Positions 28,873-39,066 are shown, counted from the stretch's first letter. The stretch: DNA of 64,000 nt from Pseudomonadales bacterium (GCA_012103535.1 WLWQ01000001.1:1182280-1246279), one strand, 5' to 3'. The notes: generated from the letters alone by a model not told the origin. A program made the numbers and translations.

Positions 28873-31848
28873 ATGACAATCCGCAATTTTTCAGGGCAAT
28901 GGCAGCGCTACTTACTAGCACTGGTGATGCTGGTAGGGCTTGCAGCCTGTAGTGATGCGCCGGAGGTTTCAAACACAGAAACCGCGCAAGCAGAACCTGA
29001 AGCCAACCTGGGCTATACCCGCATCAATGAGCCAAACGAAGACGATCCCTTGGATGCTCATATCTATGAGCTGGACAATGGGCTGCGGGTTTACTTAACC
29101 GAAAACCATGAAGAACCACGATTCTATGCGGAGATCGCAGTTCGCGCCGGCAGCAAACACGACCCAGCCGATGGCACCGGTCTGGCTCACTACCTTGAGC
29201 ATCTCTTGTTTAAAGGTAATCAGAACCTAGGCACTCTGGATTACGCCGCGGAAAAACCCTATCTCGATGAAATCGTAGACCTCTACGAAGAGCATTTCTC
29301 AGAAATCGATGAAGGTCGGCGGGCCGAAATTTACAGTGAGATTAATCGTGCTGCCCAACTGGCCGCCGAGTATGCAGTGCCCAATGAAATCGACAAACTT
29401 TATAACAGCATGGGTGGCAGTGGTCTCAATGCTCACACCTGGTATGAAGAAACCGTTTATAAAGTAGGCCTTCCCGCTAATCGTTTACAGCAATGGGCGG
29501 AAATTGAATCCGACCGTTTTGTCAATCCTGTTTTTAGATTGTTTCATACCGAACTGGAAACGGTTTACGAAGAAAAGAACCGCACCCTGGACAATGGCGA
29601 TCGCATTATCGGCACCGCCATCGATGAGTTGCTCTATAAAGTACATCCCTATGGTCAACAACCCACAATTGGTACTGTCGATCATTTAAAGAATCCTTCA
29701 CTGGTTTACATTCAAAACTATTTCGACACTTACTATGTGCCTAACAACATGGGCATCTTCATGAGTGGTGATATCGATATAGAAGAAACCATTGCCCTGA
29801 TTAGCGACAAGTTTGGCCACTGGGAATCTAAACCTGTTCCCGCAGTTGGTCCCTGGGATGAGCCAGCACTGCAGGGTGCTGAGCGCAGAACAGTACAATA
29901 CCCAGGCGAGGAACAAGTATCGATTGCATTCCGTACCGCAGAGAACGGCAGTGAAGATAAGGAAGCGTTAATTCTGGTTGATATGATTCTCGATAACCGC
30001 ACTGCCGGCCTCATCAATCTGAATCTAAACCAGCAGCAATTAGTTTCTAATGCCGGATCCTCACCACTGTTTTTAAACGACCACGGTTCGCAAAATCTCT
30101 ACGGCGTACCGAAACAGGATCAATCGCTGGAAGAAGTTGAACAACTGCTTCTGGATCAGATCGATAACATCAAGTCAGGCAACTTCGAAGAGTGGATCAT
30201 TGCCGCCATTATTAACGACTTTAAAAAGAACGAGAAAGCCAGCCTGGAATTTAATACAGCCCGAGTCGGCATGATGCGTTCGTCATTTATTGAAGGCTCA
30301 GACTGGAACTACCACATCGCCGAGATCGATCGCATGGAACAATTAGACAAGGATGATGTAGTTGATGTTGCCAACAGATACTTTGGCGACAACTACGTTT
30401 CTGTCTATCGCATCGATGATCAACATGTCGTTCCACCGGTTGAGAAACCACAAATCGATCCGGTTAGTATCGATCCTACTCGTCAATCCACTTTCGCCTC
30501 CAACATACTGGCGATTGAATACGATGAAATTGAACCTTCATTCGTCGAAGCAGACAGTGATTACCGTGTTATCGAGTTCGCCGATGGTGTGGAGCTGTAT
30601 TACGCCCCGAATCCTCTCAATGATCTATTTTCTTTTTCTATTAATGTCGAAGTAGGTACCGAAGAGAACGAAAAACTTAGTTTGTCTGCTGCGCTGATGG
30701 ATGTTGCTGGCACTCAAAGCATGAGCAACGAAGAACTGCAGAAAGAATGGTATCGCATGGGCTCAGAATTTCGTTTTGGCTCCGGCGAAAACTCTTCAGC
30801 ATTTTCGGTCTCCGGCCTGGATGAACAATTTGAAGATTCTTTGGCACTCATGATGGAACTGGTAAAGACTCCAGCGACTGATGAACAAACGCTGGAGCAG
30901 TTAAAAGGTATTTTGCTGAAGTCGCGGGAAGATCGTAAGAGTTCACCGCCAGCGATTGCCCAGGCACTCTATCTTTTCAATCGATACGGTGAAGAGTCTC
31001 CATTGTTAGAAGCATTGACTACCGAAGAGATTGTCGATACCGAACTCGACGAGCTCATGTCACTGCCTTCAGACCTTCTTAACTATAAGCAAACCATTGC
31101 CTACACCGGCTCCTTGCCACTGGAAGACCTGGTAGAAATTTTGCGCCGACACCATGACGTCGAAGGCGAGTTGCAGGACACCCCTGATTACAGATTCAGA
31201 ACTGCACGCCAGGTTGTAGACACTGAGTTAATGGTGGTGGATCAACAAACCGCTCAGGCTCAAGTCCGTATCGAGTTCGCTGACGGCGAATACAATCCCG
31301 ACGATGCAGTAATGTCTTCTATTTACACCAATTACTTTGGTAGCGGCATGTCTAGCGTGGTGTTTCAGGAATTGAGAGAGGCTCGAGCCCTCGCCTATTC
31401 CGCCCAGGCGCGTTACTCTCAGGGCAGTCGCTTGAATGCTGAGAACCTGATGCTCGGCGCCATCGGCACGCAAACGGATAAAACAGTTGATGCACTGGAA
31501 GCCTTTATCGACTTGATCGATAACATGCCTTCTTCTTCCGAACGCTTCGAAGAATCAGTCAATTCATTGTTGAACCGATATCGCACCTCGAAACTGAATT
31601 TCAGAGAAGTAATTGGTGCGGTGCGGAGCTGGGAACGTCTCGGTTTCGAAACTGATCCGCGGCGGGCGCGCTATCAGGAGTTGCAAACAGCCAGTCTCGA
31701 TGATTTGCTTGAGTTCCAGGAAGAACATGTCCAAGCGCGACCAAAACTCATTTCCATTGTTGGCGATCTCTCCATAATCGACACCGAGGAACTTGAACAG
31801 TTTGGTACGGTCGAAGAAGTTCAAGTCGAGCAACTATTCGTCGACTAG
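28873..31848 (+). CDS. M16 (pitrilysin/insulinase) family zinc peptidase lipoprotein, 991 aa, doubled M16 module
   Basis: It has a lipobox (LVGLAACS) and the inverted zinc motif HYLEH at 29188-29202 followed by LLFKG. Its size fits four M16 half-domains, and the second half has no HxxEH. Confidence 0.85.
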   Translation: MTIRNFSGQWQRYLLALVMLVGLAACSDAPEVSNTETAQAEPEANLGYTRINEPNEDDPLDAHIYELDNGLRVYLTENHEEPRFYAEIAVRAGSKHDPADGTGLAHYLEHLLFKGNQNLGTLDYAAEKPYLDEIVDLYEEHFSEIDEGRRAEIYSEINRAAQLAAEYAVPNEIDKLYNSMGGSGLNAHTWYEETVYKVGLPANRLQQWAEIESDRFVNPVFRLFHTELETVYEEKNRTLDNGDRIIGTAIDELLYKVHPYGQQPTIGTVDHLKNPSLVYIQNYFDTYYVPNNMGIFMSGDIDIEETIALISDKFGHWESKPVPAVGPWDEPALQGAERRTVQYPGEEQVSIAFRTAENGSEDKEALILVDMILDNRTAGLINLNLNQQQLVSNAGSSPLFLNDHGSQNLYGVPKQDQSLEEVEQLLLDQIDNIKSGNFEEWIIAAIINDFKKNEKASLEFNTARVGMMRSSFIEGSDWNYHIAEIDRMEQLDKDDVVDVANRYFGDNYVSVYRIDDQHVVPPVEKPQIDPVSIDPTRQSTFASNILAIEYDEIEPSFVEADSDYRVIEFADGVELYYAPNPLNDLFSFSINVEVGTEENEKLSLSAALMDVAGTQSMSNEELQKEWYRMGSEFRFGSGENSSAFSVSGLDEQFEDSLALMMELVKTPATDEQTLEQLKGILLKSREDRKSSPPAIAQALYLFNRYGEESPLLEALTTEEIVDTELDELMSLPSDLLNYKQTIAYTGSLPLEDLVEILRRHHDVEGELQDTPDYRFRTARQVVDTELMVVDQQTAQAQVRIEFADGEYNPDDAVMSSIYTNYFGSGMSSVVFQELREARALAYSAQARYSQGSRLNAENLMLGAIGTQTDKTVDALEAFIDLIDNMPSSSERFEESVNSLLNRYRTSKLNFREVIGAVRSWERLGFETDPRRARYQELQTASLDDLLEFQEEHVQARPKLISIVGDLSIIDTEELEQFGTVEEVQVEQLFVD

Positions 31849-31854
31849 CCTTGG

Positions 31855-31882
31855 CAGTGGTGTTGCAGCAGCAACACCACTG
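31855..31882 (+). other. Perfect 12-bp stem-loop between the M16 peptidase gene and the ABC operon
   Basis: CAGTGGTGTTGC-agca-GCAACACCACTG, with no U-tract after it. Confidence 0.6.
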
Positions 31883-31932
31883 TAGAAGAATATAAAATAT
31901 TCCAATTCGAGCTTCTTTAGAATAGAAACCAA

Positions 31933-32868
31933 ATGAGCACCACTAGCAGTGCCCAAGCATTATCCGTTGACTCGCTTAACAAGAGTTACGGATCATTCGA
32001 AGTTTTAAAAAATCTGGATCTTATTCTCAACCGGGGTTCAATACTCGGCCTGGTCGGGCTCAATGGTTCTGGTAAGACCACGACTATCGAATGCATTCTT
32101 GGTTTACAAAACTTTAATAGCGGCGCAGTTTCTCTGTTCGACTATTCACCGTCCACCCTACACCAGGCCAAGGGAAAGATTGTTGGCATCTTCGATACAC
32201 CCAGCCTCCATCCCAACTTAACAGTCAGGCAAAGCCTGCAGCATGCAGCGCTGTTAACGGATAACCAGGCACGCTCTCCAGAACGGGTCGAAGAGCTGTT
32301 AAGTATCGAAAAATTTTCAAATTTCAAGATTCGTCATCTGTCATTAGGCAACAAACGCCGTGCTTCTTTAGCCCATGCACTTTTAAGTAATCCTGACTTG
32401 ATTGTTTTAGACGAACCGTTTAATGGCCTCGACGCTGGCGGCGTAGATGACGTGCTCGCTCTTATCCAACGCTTAAATCAAGAAGAAGGAACTACCTTTC
32501 TACTGTCCAGTCATCAACTCCCCTATTTAGAGAATATATGTAGCCACATTGCCATCTTGCATCAGGGAGCGATTGCAGTAAGCGGCACTATCGATAGCCT
32601 GTTAGAGGATTCCAAACATACCGTTTTGTTGCGCACCGAAGAGAATGTTGCAGCAATAAACTATTTGCAAGGGCGCGAAGATGTTGCCGTTACTAATCCT
32701 GATGCCGATGGCTACATCCAACTGGAAATCACCGAGTTGAATTCTGCCGATCTGAATCGCCAACTCATTGAAAATAATATTGCCGTCAGTGAACTTATAT
32801 TGCAAAAAGCCTCACTGAGCAATTTGTTTCGCACTATTACCAGCAATCCCGGTGAGCAGCAGTCATGA
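31933..32868 (+). CDS. ABC transporter ATP-binding protein (ABC-2 exporter type)
   Basis: Walker A GLNGSGKTT, signature LSLGNKRR and Walker B LIVLDEPFNGLD, plus a C-terminal accessory domain. Confidence 0.85.
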   Translation: MSTTSSAQALSVDSLNKSYGSFEVLKNLDLILNRGSILGLVGLNGSGKTTTIECILGLQNFNSGAVSLFDYSPSTLHQAKGKIVGIFDTPSLHPNLTVRQSLQHAALLTDNQARSPERVEELLSIEKFSNFKIRHLSLGNKRRASLAHALLSNPDLIVLDEPFNGLDAGGVDDVLALIQRLNQEEGTTFLLSSHQLPYLENICSHIAILHQGAIAVSGTIDSLLEDSKHTVLLRTEENVAAINYLQGREDVAVTNPDADGYIQLEITELNSADLNRQLIENNIAVSELILQKASLSNLFRTITSNPGEQQS

Positions 32869-33722
32869 ACGGATTTCTCACTGCTTTAAAATCAGAATTG
32901 TTTATCGCTCTGCGTACCTTCGCCAGCAAGCTTATTCTTTTAGCACCTGCCCTAATCATTGTGCTGCAGAATTTGCTGTTATGGATTACCGAAACCGGTC
33001 AGGCAGCAAGAGATAATCTCCTTGGCAATCCCAGTTTCGATGAAGTGGTGAGTTCCAATGCCTATGGCTATTTTGTCGATAGCATGAGCACTGGTCTAAC
33101 CATGCTCGGGCTATTAATAGTTGCGCAGCCTGCCTACAGTTTTAGTTTCGAGAGAGACACTGGCCTGGTACGCCATTTATTGATTCGACGCGTCAGCCGA
33201 CCCGCACTGATGCTGGCAAAACTAGTGCATTTGCATCTATTAGCATTACTGTCTTTTGTTATCTTGCTACTAACGGCTTATTTTTTCAGTGGTTTGTTTT
33301 GGGAATTTGGACCGATTGTCGAAGACGGATTCGAATTAATCAGCGAAGAAGAGATTCTGTTTGAAATCAACACCGGTCTTCGACTTGCACTGGCACCATT
33401 TCCAGCCGCCATCGCATTTGGCTTACTCATTTCGGTTTGGGCCCAGTCCGCAACCCAGGCAGTGACTACTGCCTTAGGTATCACCCTGGCTATCGATATA
33501 TTCAAATCCATGCTCGGTGACTACGCTAATTTTCTTTATGCCCGCTTCCAGCCTTCACTTATCGACGACTCTTATTTACAGGATGTCAGCCGCATAGTCC
33601 GTGGCTATTCAGATGTTTTAGTGGATGAAAATGTGTTACAGATGAATCTATGGGTGCCGATTCCAGCGTTAATTGTATTTATTGCTGTAACACTTGCAGT
33701 TATTCAACGTAAAAAGATATGA
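32865..33722 (+). CDS. ABC-2-type permease-like membrane protein
   Basis: 285 aa with about 6 TM helices and an extracytoplasmic loop after TM1. Its start overlaps the ATPase stop (ATGA). Confidence 0.65.
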   Translation: MNGFLTALKSELFIALRTFASKLILLAPALIIVLQNLLLWITETGQAARDNLLGNPSFDEVVSSNAYGYFVDSMSTGLTMLGLLIVAQPAYSFSFERDTGLVRHLLIRRVSRPALMLAKLVHLHLLALLSFVILLLTAYFFSGLFWEFGPIVEDGFELISEEEILFEINTGLRLALAPFPAAIAFGLLISVWAQSATQAVTTALGITLAIDIFKSMLGDYANFLYARFQPSLIDDSYLQDVSRIVRGYSDVLVDENVLQMNLWVPIPALIVFIAVTLAVIQRKKI

Positions 33723-33743
33723 GGGAATACACGGAGCACGCAG

Positions 33744-34703
33744 TTGAAAACTCTTCCATTTCTTAAGCTATCAATACTGCCAATCGTGTTGGCTCAATTA
33801 GCCGCTTGCGTAAGCTATGAACCAGCGATTTTAACACCGGCAATTACTCTTTCAGTCGAAGACGTTAGCCTGATCGAAGACTCAAACCAGAGCCTAAGAA
33901 TCGATTTCGGCCTCGAACTCGGACTTAATGAGAGTGATTCTTTATTCAATGTAGAAGTGCTGCCTGGAGTAAGAGTGCGGAACGTGGCAGCAAATGGCGC
34001 GGCGGATTCAGCGGGAATTCAGATTGGCGACATTATCCTTGCCATAGATGGAACCGATACCAACCATCCGGACACAATAGAAGCTATTCAGCAAACATCT
34101 GATAACAGCAATTTCGAATTTACCGTACAACGAAACACAACTGTATTCGCGGCAACTGTGGTAGGCAGATCTATCAGTAGCAGCAACGGACCCGAAGAGC
34201 TCTATCGCATCGATCCCATTGCAACCCGAGCCGGTTACAGAACTGAATTGTTGTCACTAGACAATAGCGGCACTGCTGCGGCCAGAGTAATTGAACTATT
34301 CCCAGATAGCCCCTTGCCTGCCGCGGGCATAGGCATCGATGATGTCATCCTGCGCCTCAATGGGATCACGCTAAACTCGGCGCAAGACCTGGTTACCCGG
34401 ATCATTCGAGAGCATGAACTCGGCGAAGAAGTGGCCTTTACGGTTTATAATGGCGACGAGGTAGCGGAAACTACGGTACAGCTATGGGATCCAGGCAGGA
34501 GAATTAGTCGAATCAATGTAGGGCCAGTGCTGCAATACGAGTCTTCTTTAAGCCCTTCTAGTGAATCGTTTTCATTATTGGATTTCTGGTTGTTTGCGGT
34601 GTACAACTATTCTCGAATCGACGGTGAACGATCGCACAGCATTTTAGGTCTATTCAACATAAGCAGTGATTTCGGCGAGCTTACGGAACTGGAAAATCAG
34701 TAA
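33744..34703 (+). CDS. Lipoprotein with two PDZ domains
   Basis: It has a lipobox (LAQLAACVS). PDZ-like units surround GADSAGIQIGDIILAIDG and LPAAGIGIDDVILRLNGITLNS. Confidence 0.7.
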   Translation: MKTLPFLKLSILPIVLAQLAACVSYEPAILTPAITLSVEDVSLIEDSNQSLRIDFGLELGLNESDSLFNVEVLPGVRVRNVAANGAADSAGIQIGDIILAIDGTDTNHPDTIEAIQQTSDNSNFEFTVQRNTTVFAATVVGRSISSSNGPEELYRIDPIATRAGYRTELLSLDNSGTAAARVIELFPDSPLPAAGIGIDDVILRLNGITLNSAQDLVTRIIREHELGEEVAFTVYNGDEVAETTVQLWDPGRRISRINVGPVLQYESSLSPSSESFSLLDFWLFAVYNYSRIDGERSHSILGLFNISSDFGELTELENQ

Positions 34704-34723
34704 AGAGATTAAAAAATAATTCG

Positions 34724-36286
34724 ATGGGAAGAGCTTCAACAACATTGGGTCGATTAAGCGTAATGTTTCTAGGTGGATTATTCGCCTCTGCGAGTTTTGC
34801 CCAGAGTAATTACGTCGCCTTTGAGTTAGACCGCGAAAATAATTGGGAGCGCCTGGTAACCGAAGATGTAAACGGTGATGGTGCGAAAGACATTATATTT
34901 GCCCACTATGACGCTGCCATCGGCAGAGAGCTGCACATCCATCATCAACAAAGCGATGGCAATTTTTCTGCAAACCCGCAACGGGTCGAGATTAAAACGG
35001 AAATCATCGCCGTTGGCTTCGCCGATTTGCGCAGCGACCCAGGAAAAGAACTGGTGTTACTCGCGAACAATGGTGTGTTCAGTTTATCGACCGCCGTCGA
35101 AGGCTATGCCGGAAACATAAAGCTCTTGTTTGAATGGGATTTAGTCGCCGCCATTCCTGATCAGGAAGACGTAGAGTTTCTCACCAACATTGAAGACATT
35201 AACGGCGATAGCGAAATAGATTTTCTGCTGCCCGGCGAAGAACGATTCGGGTTTTTTGTTGGCAAAGGCGACGAACATTTCGAATTGACGGCATCGATTC
35301 GCACCATCAATGAAAACCTGACCGCAGCGCAACGAAACAATCAGGAATCTGATTTAAATGCCAGCATCGGTATCAATCCCGATGAAGGCGTAGTGGTAGA
35401 GTTGCGGGCAGAAACACCAACGCCTTTTTCCGGTTTTATCGAATCCTGGGAGCCCAAATCCACGGATTCCCGTGCACTATTAAGAACTGCGAACTGGATG
35501 CCAACCGCACTACTCGCCGAGCTCAACGGCGACGGCTTAAAAGACCTTATCTACCTCAACGTGGGAGACGACAGTCTCGGACAATTGAATATTCATTATC
35601 AGAATGAAAGCAACGGATTTGCGGAGAAAGCCGATTGGCAGGGCTCCACTGATACCCGCGGCGACATTCGTTTAGTCGATATGAATAATGACGGTTTGCA
35701 GGACATTCTGCGGCTAACCGGCGAAGGCAACGATTGGGATGCCCGTTTCTACTTAAATACCGAAGGCAGTTTCGATTTTCAACAACCGAATCAGATTATG
35801 CGTTTTTCTGGCTACGATGTAAGACTTGAGTTTGTAGCGCTTGCCGATGAAGAAAAGCCGATCCTTAATGTGAGCTATTACACCATTCCTGTCGTCGACG
35901 CGATTCGCAATGCCAGTATCAATCGTACGCAACTGCTTTACAGTGCCGATGCGGCAGAAGCAGGTCAACTGTTTGCCCGTCGACCCAACTCACGCCTGGA
36001 AGAAAGTTTCTCAGCGGCCAATGTTCGCGGTTTATCTGAACAGATGTCGCTGCAGTATGACGTCGATGGCGACGGTACCAACGATGCACTTTATGTCACC
36101 GAAAACGGTACCTTGGCAGCAAAGAAGATTAACGAGCAATTACAAATTGCTGAGTCGCCCTTCTGGGAATACGTCTCTCCACGCACAGTATTTGAGTTTG
36201 AAGTACTTGCCCTTAACGACGATGCTATTCCCGACCTGGTACTGCGGCACGGCACCACCACCTCTCTACTGGTGGCCACTCCATGA
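34724..36286 (+). CDS. Secreted FG-GAP/VCBS-repeat (beta-propeller) protein
   Basis: A signal peptide, then repeated Ca-binding-type loops: DVNGDGAKDIIF, DINGDSEIDFLLPG, ELNGDGLKDLIY, DMNNDGLQDIL, DVDGDGTNDALY and NDDAIPDLVL. Confidence 0.75.
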   Translation: MGRASTTLGRLSVMFLGGLFASASFAQSNYVAFELDRENNWERLVTEDVNGDGAKDIIFAHYDAAIGRELHIHHQQSDGNFSANPQRVEIKTEIIAVGFADLRSDPGKELVLLANNGVFSLSTAVEGYAGNIKLLFEWDLVAAIPDQEDVEFLTNIEDINGDSEIDFLLPGEERFGFFVGKGDEHFELTASIRTINENLTAAQRNNQESDLNASIGINPDEGVVVELRAETPTPFSGFIESWEPKSTDSRALLRTANWMPTALLAELNGDGLKDLIYLNVGDDSLGQLNIHYQNESNGFAEKADWQGSTDTRGDIRLVDMNNDGLQDILRLTGEGNDWDARFYLNTEGSFDFQQPNQIMRFSGYDVRLEFVALADEEKPILNVSYYTIPVVDAIRNASINRTQLLYSADAAEAGQLFARRPNSRLEESFSAANVRGLSEQMSLQYDVDGDGTNDALYVTENGTLAAKKINEQLQIAESPFWEYVSPRTVFEFEVLALNDDAIPDLVLRHGTTTSLLVATP

Positions 36287-37938
36287 ATGCCATTAGCAAA
36301 GTCTTGCTTCTTCTATATGGGTTGTTGAGTTTTAACCTGGCCCTGGGCGCCACACTGGAATACACCCAACTACCCTTTTCACTGCCAGCAGAGAGTGAGC
36401 AACTGGTAGTAGCAGATCTTAATGGCGATTCACTGAATGAATTGATAACGGTGATCGATGATTCACTGAGAATATATTTTCAACGGGAGAACGGTTTCGA
36501 TTTCGATGCTGGCTATAAGGAAATTGATTTTTCTGACCAGGCGGTCGGCTGGGATCTAAGCACCAATTACAGCGAAGACAATCGCGCCTCCATTATTGGA
36601 TTGGTTAATGGCACCGATGCTTATGTTTGGCATGCGGAACAGGAAACAATTCTCGAACCGGAAATAATAAAATCAAACCTTCCCGGCTTTCTAAGCAAAG
36701 GGGTGAATCGACTCTTCTTTTCCCGCGACATCAATGGCGACGGTCGTGAAGACTTGATTGTTCCCGGTGCGGGCAATCTCCATGCCTTTATCGCGGAAGC
36801 AGGTAACAGCTATCAACCTGACCTCACCATCAAATCTGAAAATCGGATGCGCACAACCCTGGCGCCCAATTCGCTGGAACGACGCACCGGCCAAGCAGTG
36901 CGCATTCCCTTCATGGAATTACGGGATGTAAACAACGATGGTTTTGATGATTTGATTTCCCGCTCCGACGAACGTCTCGATGTATTTATTGCCGACGAAC
37001 TCGGTGACGCTTATTTTAATGCTGATCCTTCTTATTCCTTAGACATTACTGAAATTGAAGAACGCCTCGGTGACTTCGATGTCGACAATCTCGATTTTTC
37101 TAACTTAACCGGAGTACTGGCCCTAACTCATGAAGAAGTCTTGGACGATGTCGACGGCGATGGCATCGAAGACTTATTACTCCGGGAAGGAGGCAAGGTC
37201 TCACTCTTCGGTGGTACCGACAGCGGCATGAATCTCGAACAGCCTCGTCAAGTATTGCGCTCCGGCGGCAATGTCTTAAGTACATTCCTCTACGACGAAG
37301 ATGAAGACGGATTGAAAGATCTGTGGTTGTGGCGGGTAGAGCCAATTTCTGTGGGCGACATTTTTGTCTGGTTAGCCCTATCCGGTAGCGTGGCAATCGA
37401 AGCCTTCGTCTACCCCAACGATGGCGAACGGTTTGCACGGAGACCCGCGCGCAAACTTACCGTCAATCTGCGCTTCCCTTCTGTGCTGCGGCTGGCCACT
37501 ACCTTTCAAGATCTTGCTACAGAAGCGAGAGAGAGTCTGGAAGACGAACTGATACCAACGAGTGTTGGCAATCTGGATGGCGCCATCGATCAGGAAGACT
37601 TACTGTTGCTGATAAACAATCAAGTCGAACTATTCCTAAACAGTATAGAACCGGAAGACGATGACGAAGCATTTCTTGGCGCGCTGGATTACAGTCGCGA
37701 GCGCGATGATTACGAAATCAATATTCGGGAGATCATTGACAACATTTCTATCGGCGGCAATCCCCATCTTGAATTGGCTAGTAACCGCAACCCCGATCTC
37801 GCGATCGACCTGGGAATAAGCGCAGAAAATGGCGATATTATCCCGGTGAGACTGAATGCAGATTCCCTCGACGATGTATTTGTATTTACCCACCACGACA
37901 GTAGTCAGGTTCAGGGAATACTGTTACTCTCAAAGTAA
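36283..37938 (+). CDS. Secreted FG-GAP/VCBS-repeat (beta-propeller) protein, second copy
   Basis: A signal peptide, then DLNGDSLNELI, DINGDGREDLIVPG, DVNNDGFDDLI, DVDGDGIEDLLL and DEDEDGLKDLWLW. Its start overlaps the previous stop (ATGA). Confidence 0.75.
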   Translation: MNAISKVLLLLYGLLSFNLALGATLEYTQLPFSLPAESEQLVVADLNGDSLNELITVIDDSLRIYFQRENGFDFDAGYKEIDFSDQAVGWDLSTNYSEDNRASIIGLVNGTDAYVWHAEQETILEPEIIKSNLPGFLSKGVNRLFFSRDINGDGREDLIVPGAGNLHAFIAEAGNSYQPDLTIKSENRMRTTLAPNSLERRTGQAVRIPFMELRDVNNDGFDDLISRSDERLDVFIADELGDAYFNADPSYSLDITEIEERLGDFDVDNLDFSNLTGVLALTHEEVLDDVDGDGIEDLLLREGGKVSLFGGTDSGMNLEQPRQVLRSGGNVLSTFLYDEDEDGLKDLWLWRVEPISVGDIFVWLALSGSVAIEAFVYPNDGERFARRPARKLTVNLRFPSVLRLATTFQDLATEARESLEDELIPTSVGNLDGAIDQEDLLLLINNQVELFLNSIEPEDDDEAFLGALDYSRERDDYEINIREIIDNISIGGNPHLELASNRNPDLAIDLGISAENGDIIPVRLNADSLDDVFVFTHHDSSQVQGILLLSK

Positions 37939-37962
37939 CATTCACTTTCCAGGGCGCTAATT

Positions 37963-38226
37963 ATGAGCGCTTTTACCATGCAAAAGGCAGTTTGGACATC
38001 TTTCGGGATTGCCCTGGTGCTGGTTAATGTCATCGCGGAAGTGGGTGAGTACTACACCGGCATTCATGTTCACATGTTCTTACGCATCGCGTTAATAGTT
38101 GGCGTCACCATGGGTACCTCCGTATTGGCCGGTGCAACAATTCTGGTTTCGAAAATGGACGAAGAAGTACCCCTATCCGGTCATGTTAAAGACACACTTA
38201 GTGCGGATCGCAAGAAAGCAGACTAA
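37963..38226 (+). CDS. Small two-TM membrane protein
   Basis: 87 aa with two hydrophobic helices. It is tightly packed between operon genes, with gaps of 24 and 12 nt. Confidence 0.5.
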   Translation: MSAFTMQKAVWTSFGIALVLVNVIAEVGEYYTGIHVHMFLRIALIVGVTMGTSVLAGATILVSKMDEEVPLSGHVKDTLSADRKKAD

Positions 38227-38238
38227 GCATTCAGATTC

Positions 38239-39066
38239 ATGAAAACTCCATTACTTGTTTCAATCCTTATTGCTGTGACAACGAGCGCAGCTGCACTGTA
38301 TTTTTATTTGCAAAGTGCAGCCGACTCGACCCGTTTGGCGGATTACGAATCCCATGTACAACAGTTATTAAGTCAGGCAGAAGATAACAGTCGCCAGCGC
38401 ATCCAACAGGAAAGAGAAATTAGCGAGTTGCGAAGTGAACTGAACACATTGGGCAGCCAGTTAACCGCCGTTTCTAATCAATTGGGAATTGCTGAAGCTC
38501 AGACTGATCCAAACTACGAAAGAGTAGAAGCAGAAATTCGGCGGCAAGTTATCGTCGAATACGAAGAGGCTAATCCTGACCGTCTCACTAATCAGCGAGT
38601 TGATTTAATTCAGCAGATTGCGCAATTAGACCCAATCGAATTCAGTGAGATCATGGGCATCCAGGGACAATTTGGTCCATTTCTACAAGCCTTAGTCGTC
38701 AACGACGAGCGCATGGAAATTATCGTTGGCGCACTTTCCAACGTCGTAACCAGTCAGAATCTCGCACGCCAGGAAATCATGCAGGCCGCGCAAAATCAGG
38801 AAATAGGTCGAAGAGAAATGCGCACACAGATGCGCGAAGTAATGAATCCGGAAACTATGTTCGAAGTGCTGTCCTACGATCTAAGCGATGACGAACTTAA
38901 TTTACTTACTGAAGTACAGGAACAACAGCGCACTCAATCTGCAGTCAGTACTTTCTCATTGCGCAGTGGTAGTACGCGAGCCCAAGCGACCGGTAGCAAT
39001 CGTCAAGGTGGTTTTGGTGTCGCTCCTGCACAACCCATCACAGCTCCAGAAAATCCTCGCAACTAA
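38239..39066 (+). CDS. Membrane-anchored coiled-coil protein (paralog 3 of 3)
   Basis: 275 aa. TM anchor, coiled coil, AEAQTDPNYERVEAEIRRQV (compare ANPEYEALLEQARREI in paralog 2), an LSDDEL motif and a Gly-rich tail RQGGFG. Confidence 0.6.
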   Translation: MKTPLLVSILIAVTTSAAALYFYLQSAADSTRLADYESHVQQLLSQAEDNSRQRIQQEREISELRSELNTLGSQLTAVSNQLGIAEAQTDPNYERVEAEIRRQVIVEYEEANPDRLTNQRVDLIQQIAQLDPIEFSEIMGIQGQFGPFLQALVVNDERMEIIVGALSNVVTSQNLARQEIMQAAQNQEIGRREMRTQMREVMNPETMFEVLSYDLSDDELNLLTEVQEQQRTQSAVSTFSLRSGSTRAQATGSNRQGGFGVAPAQPITAPENPRN

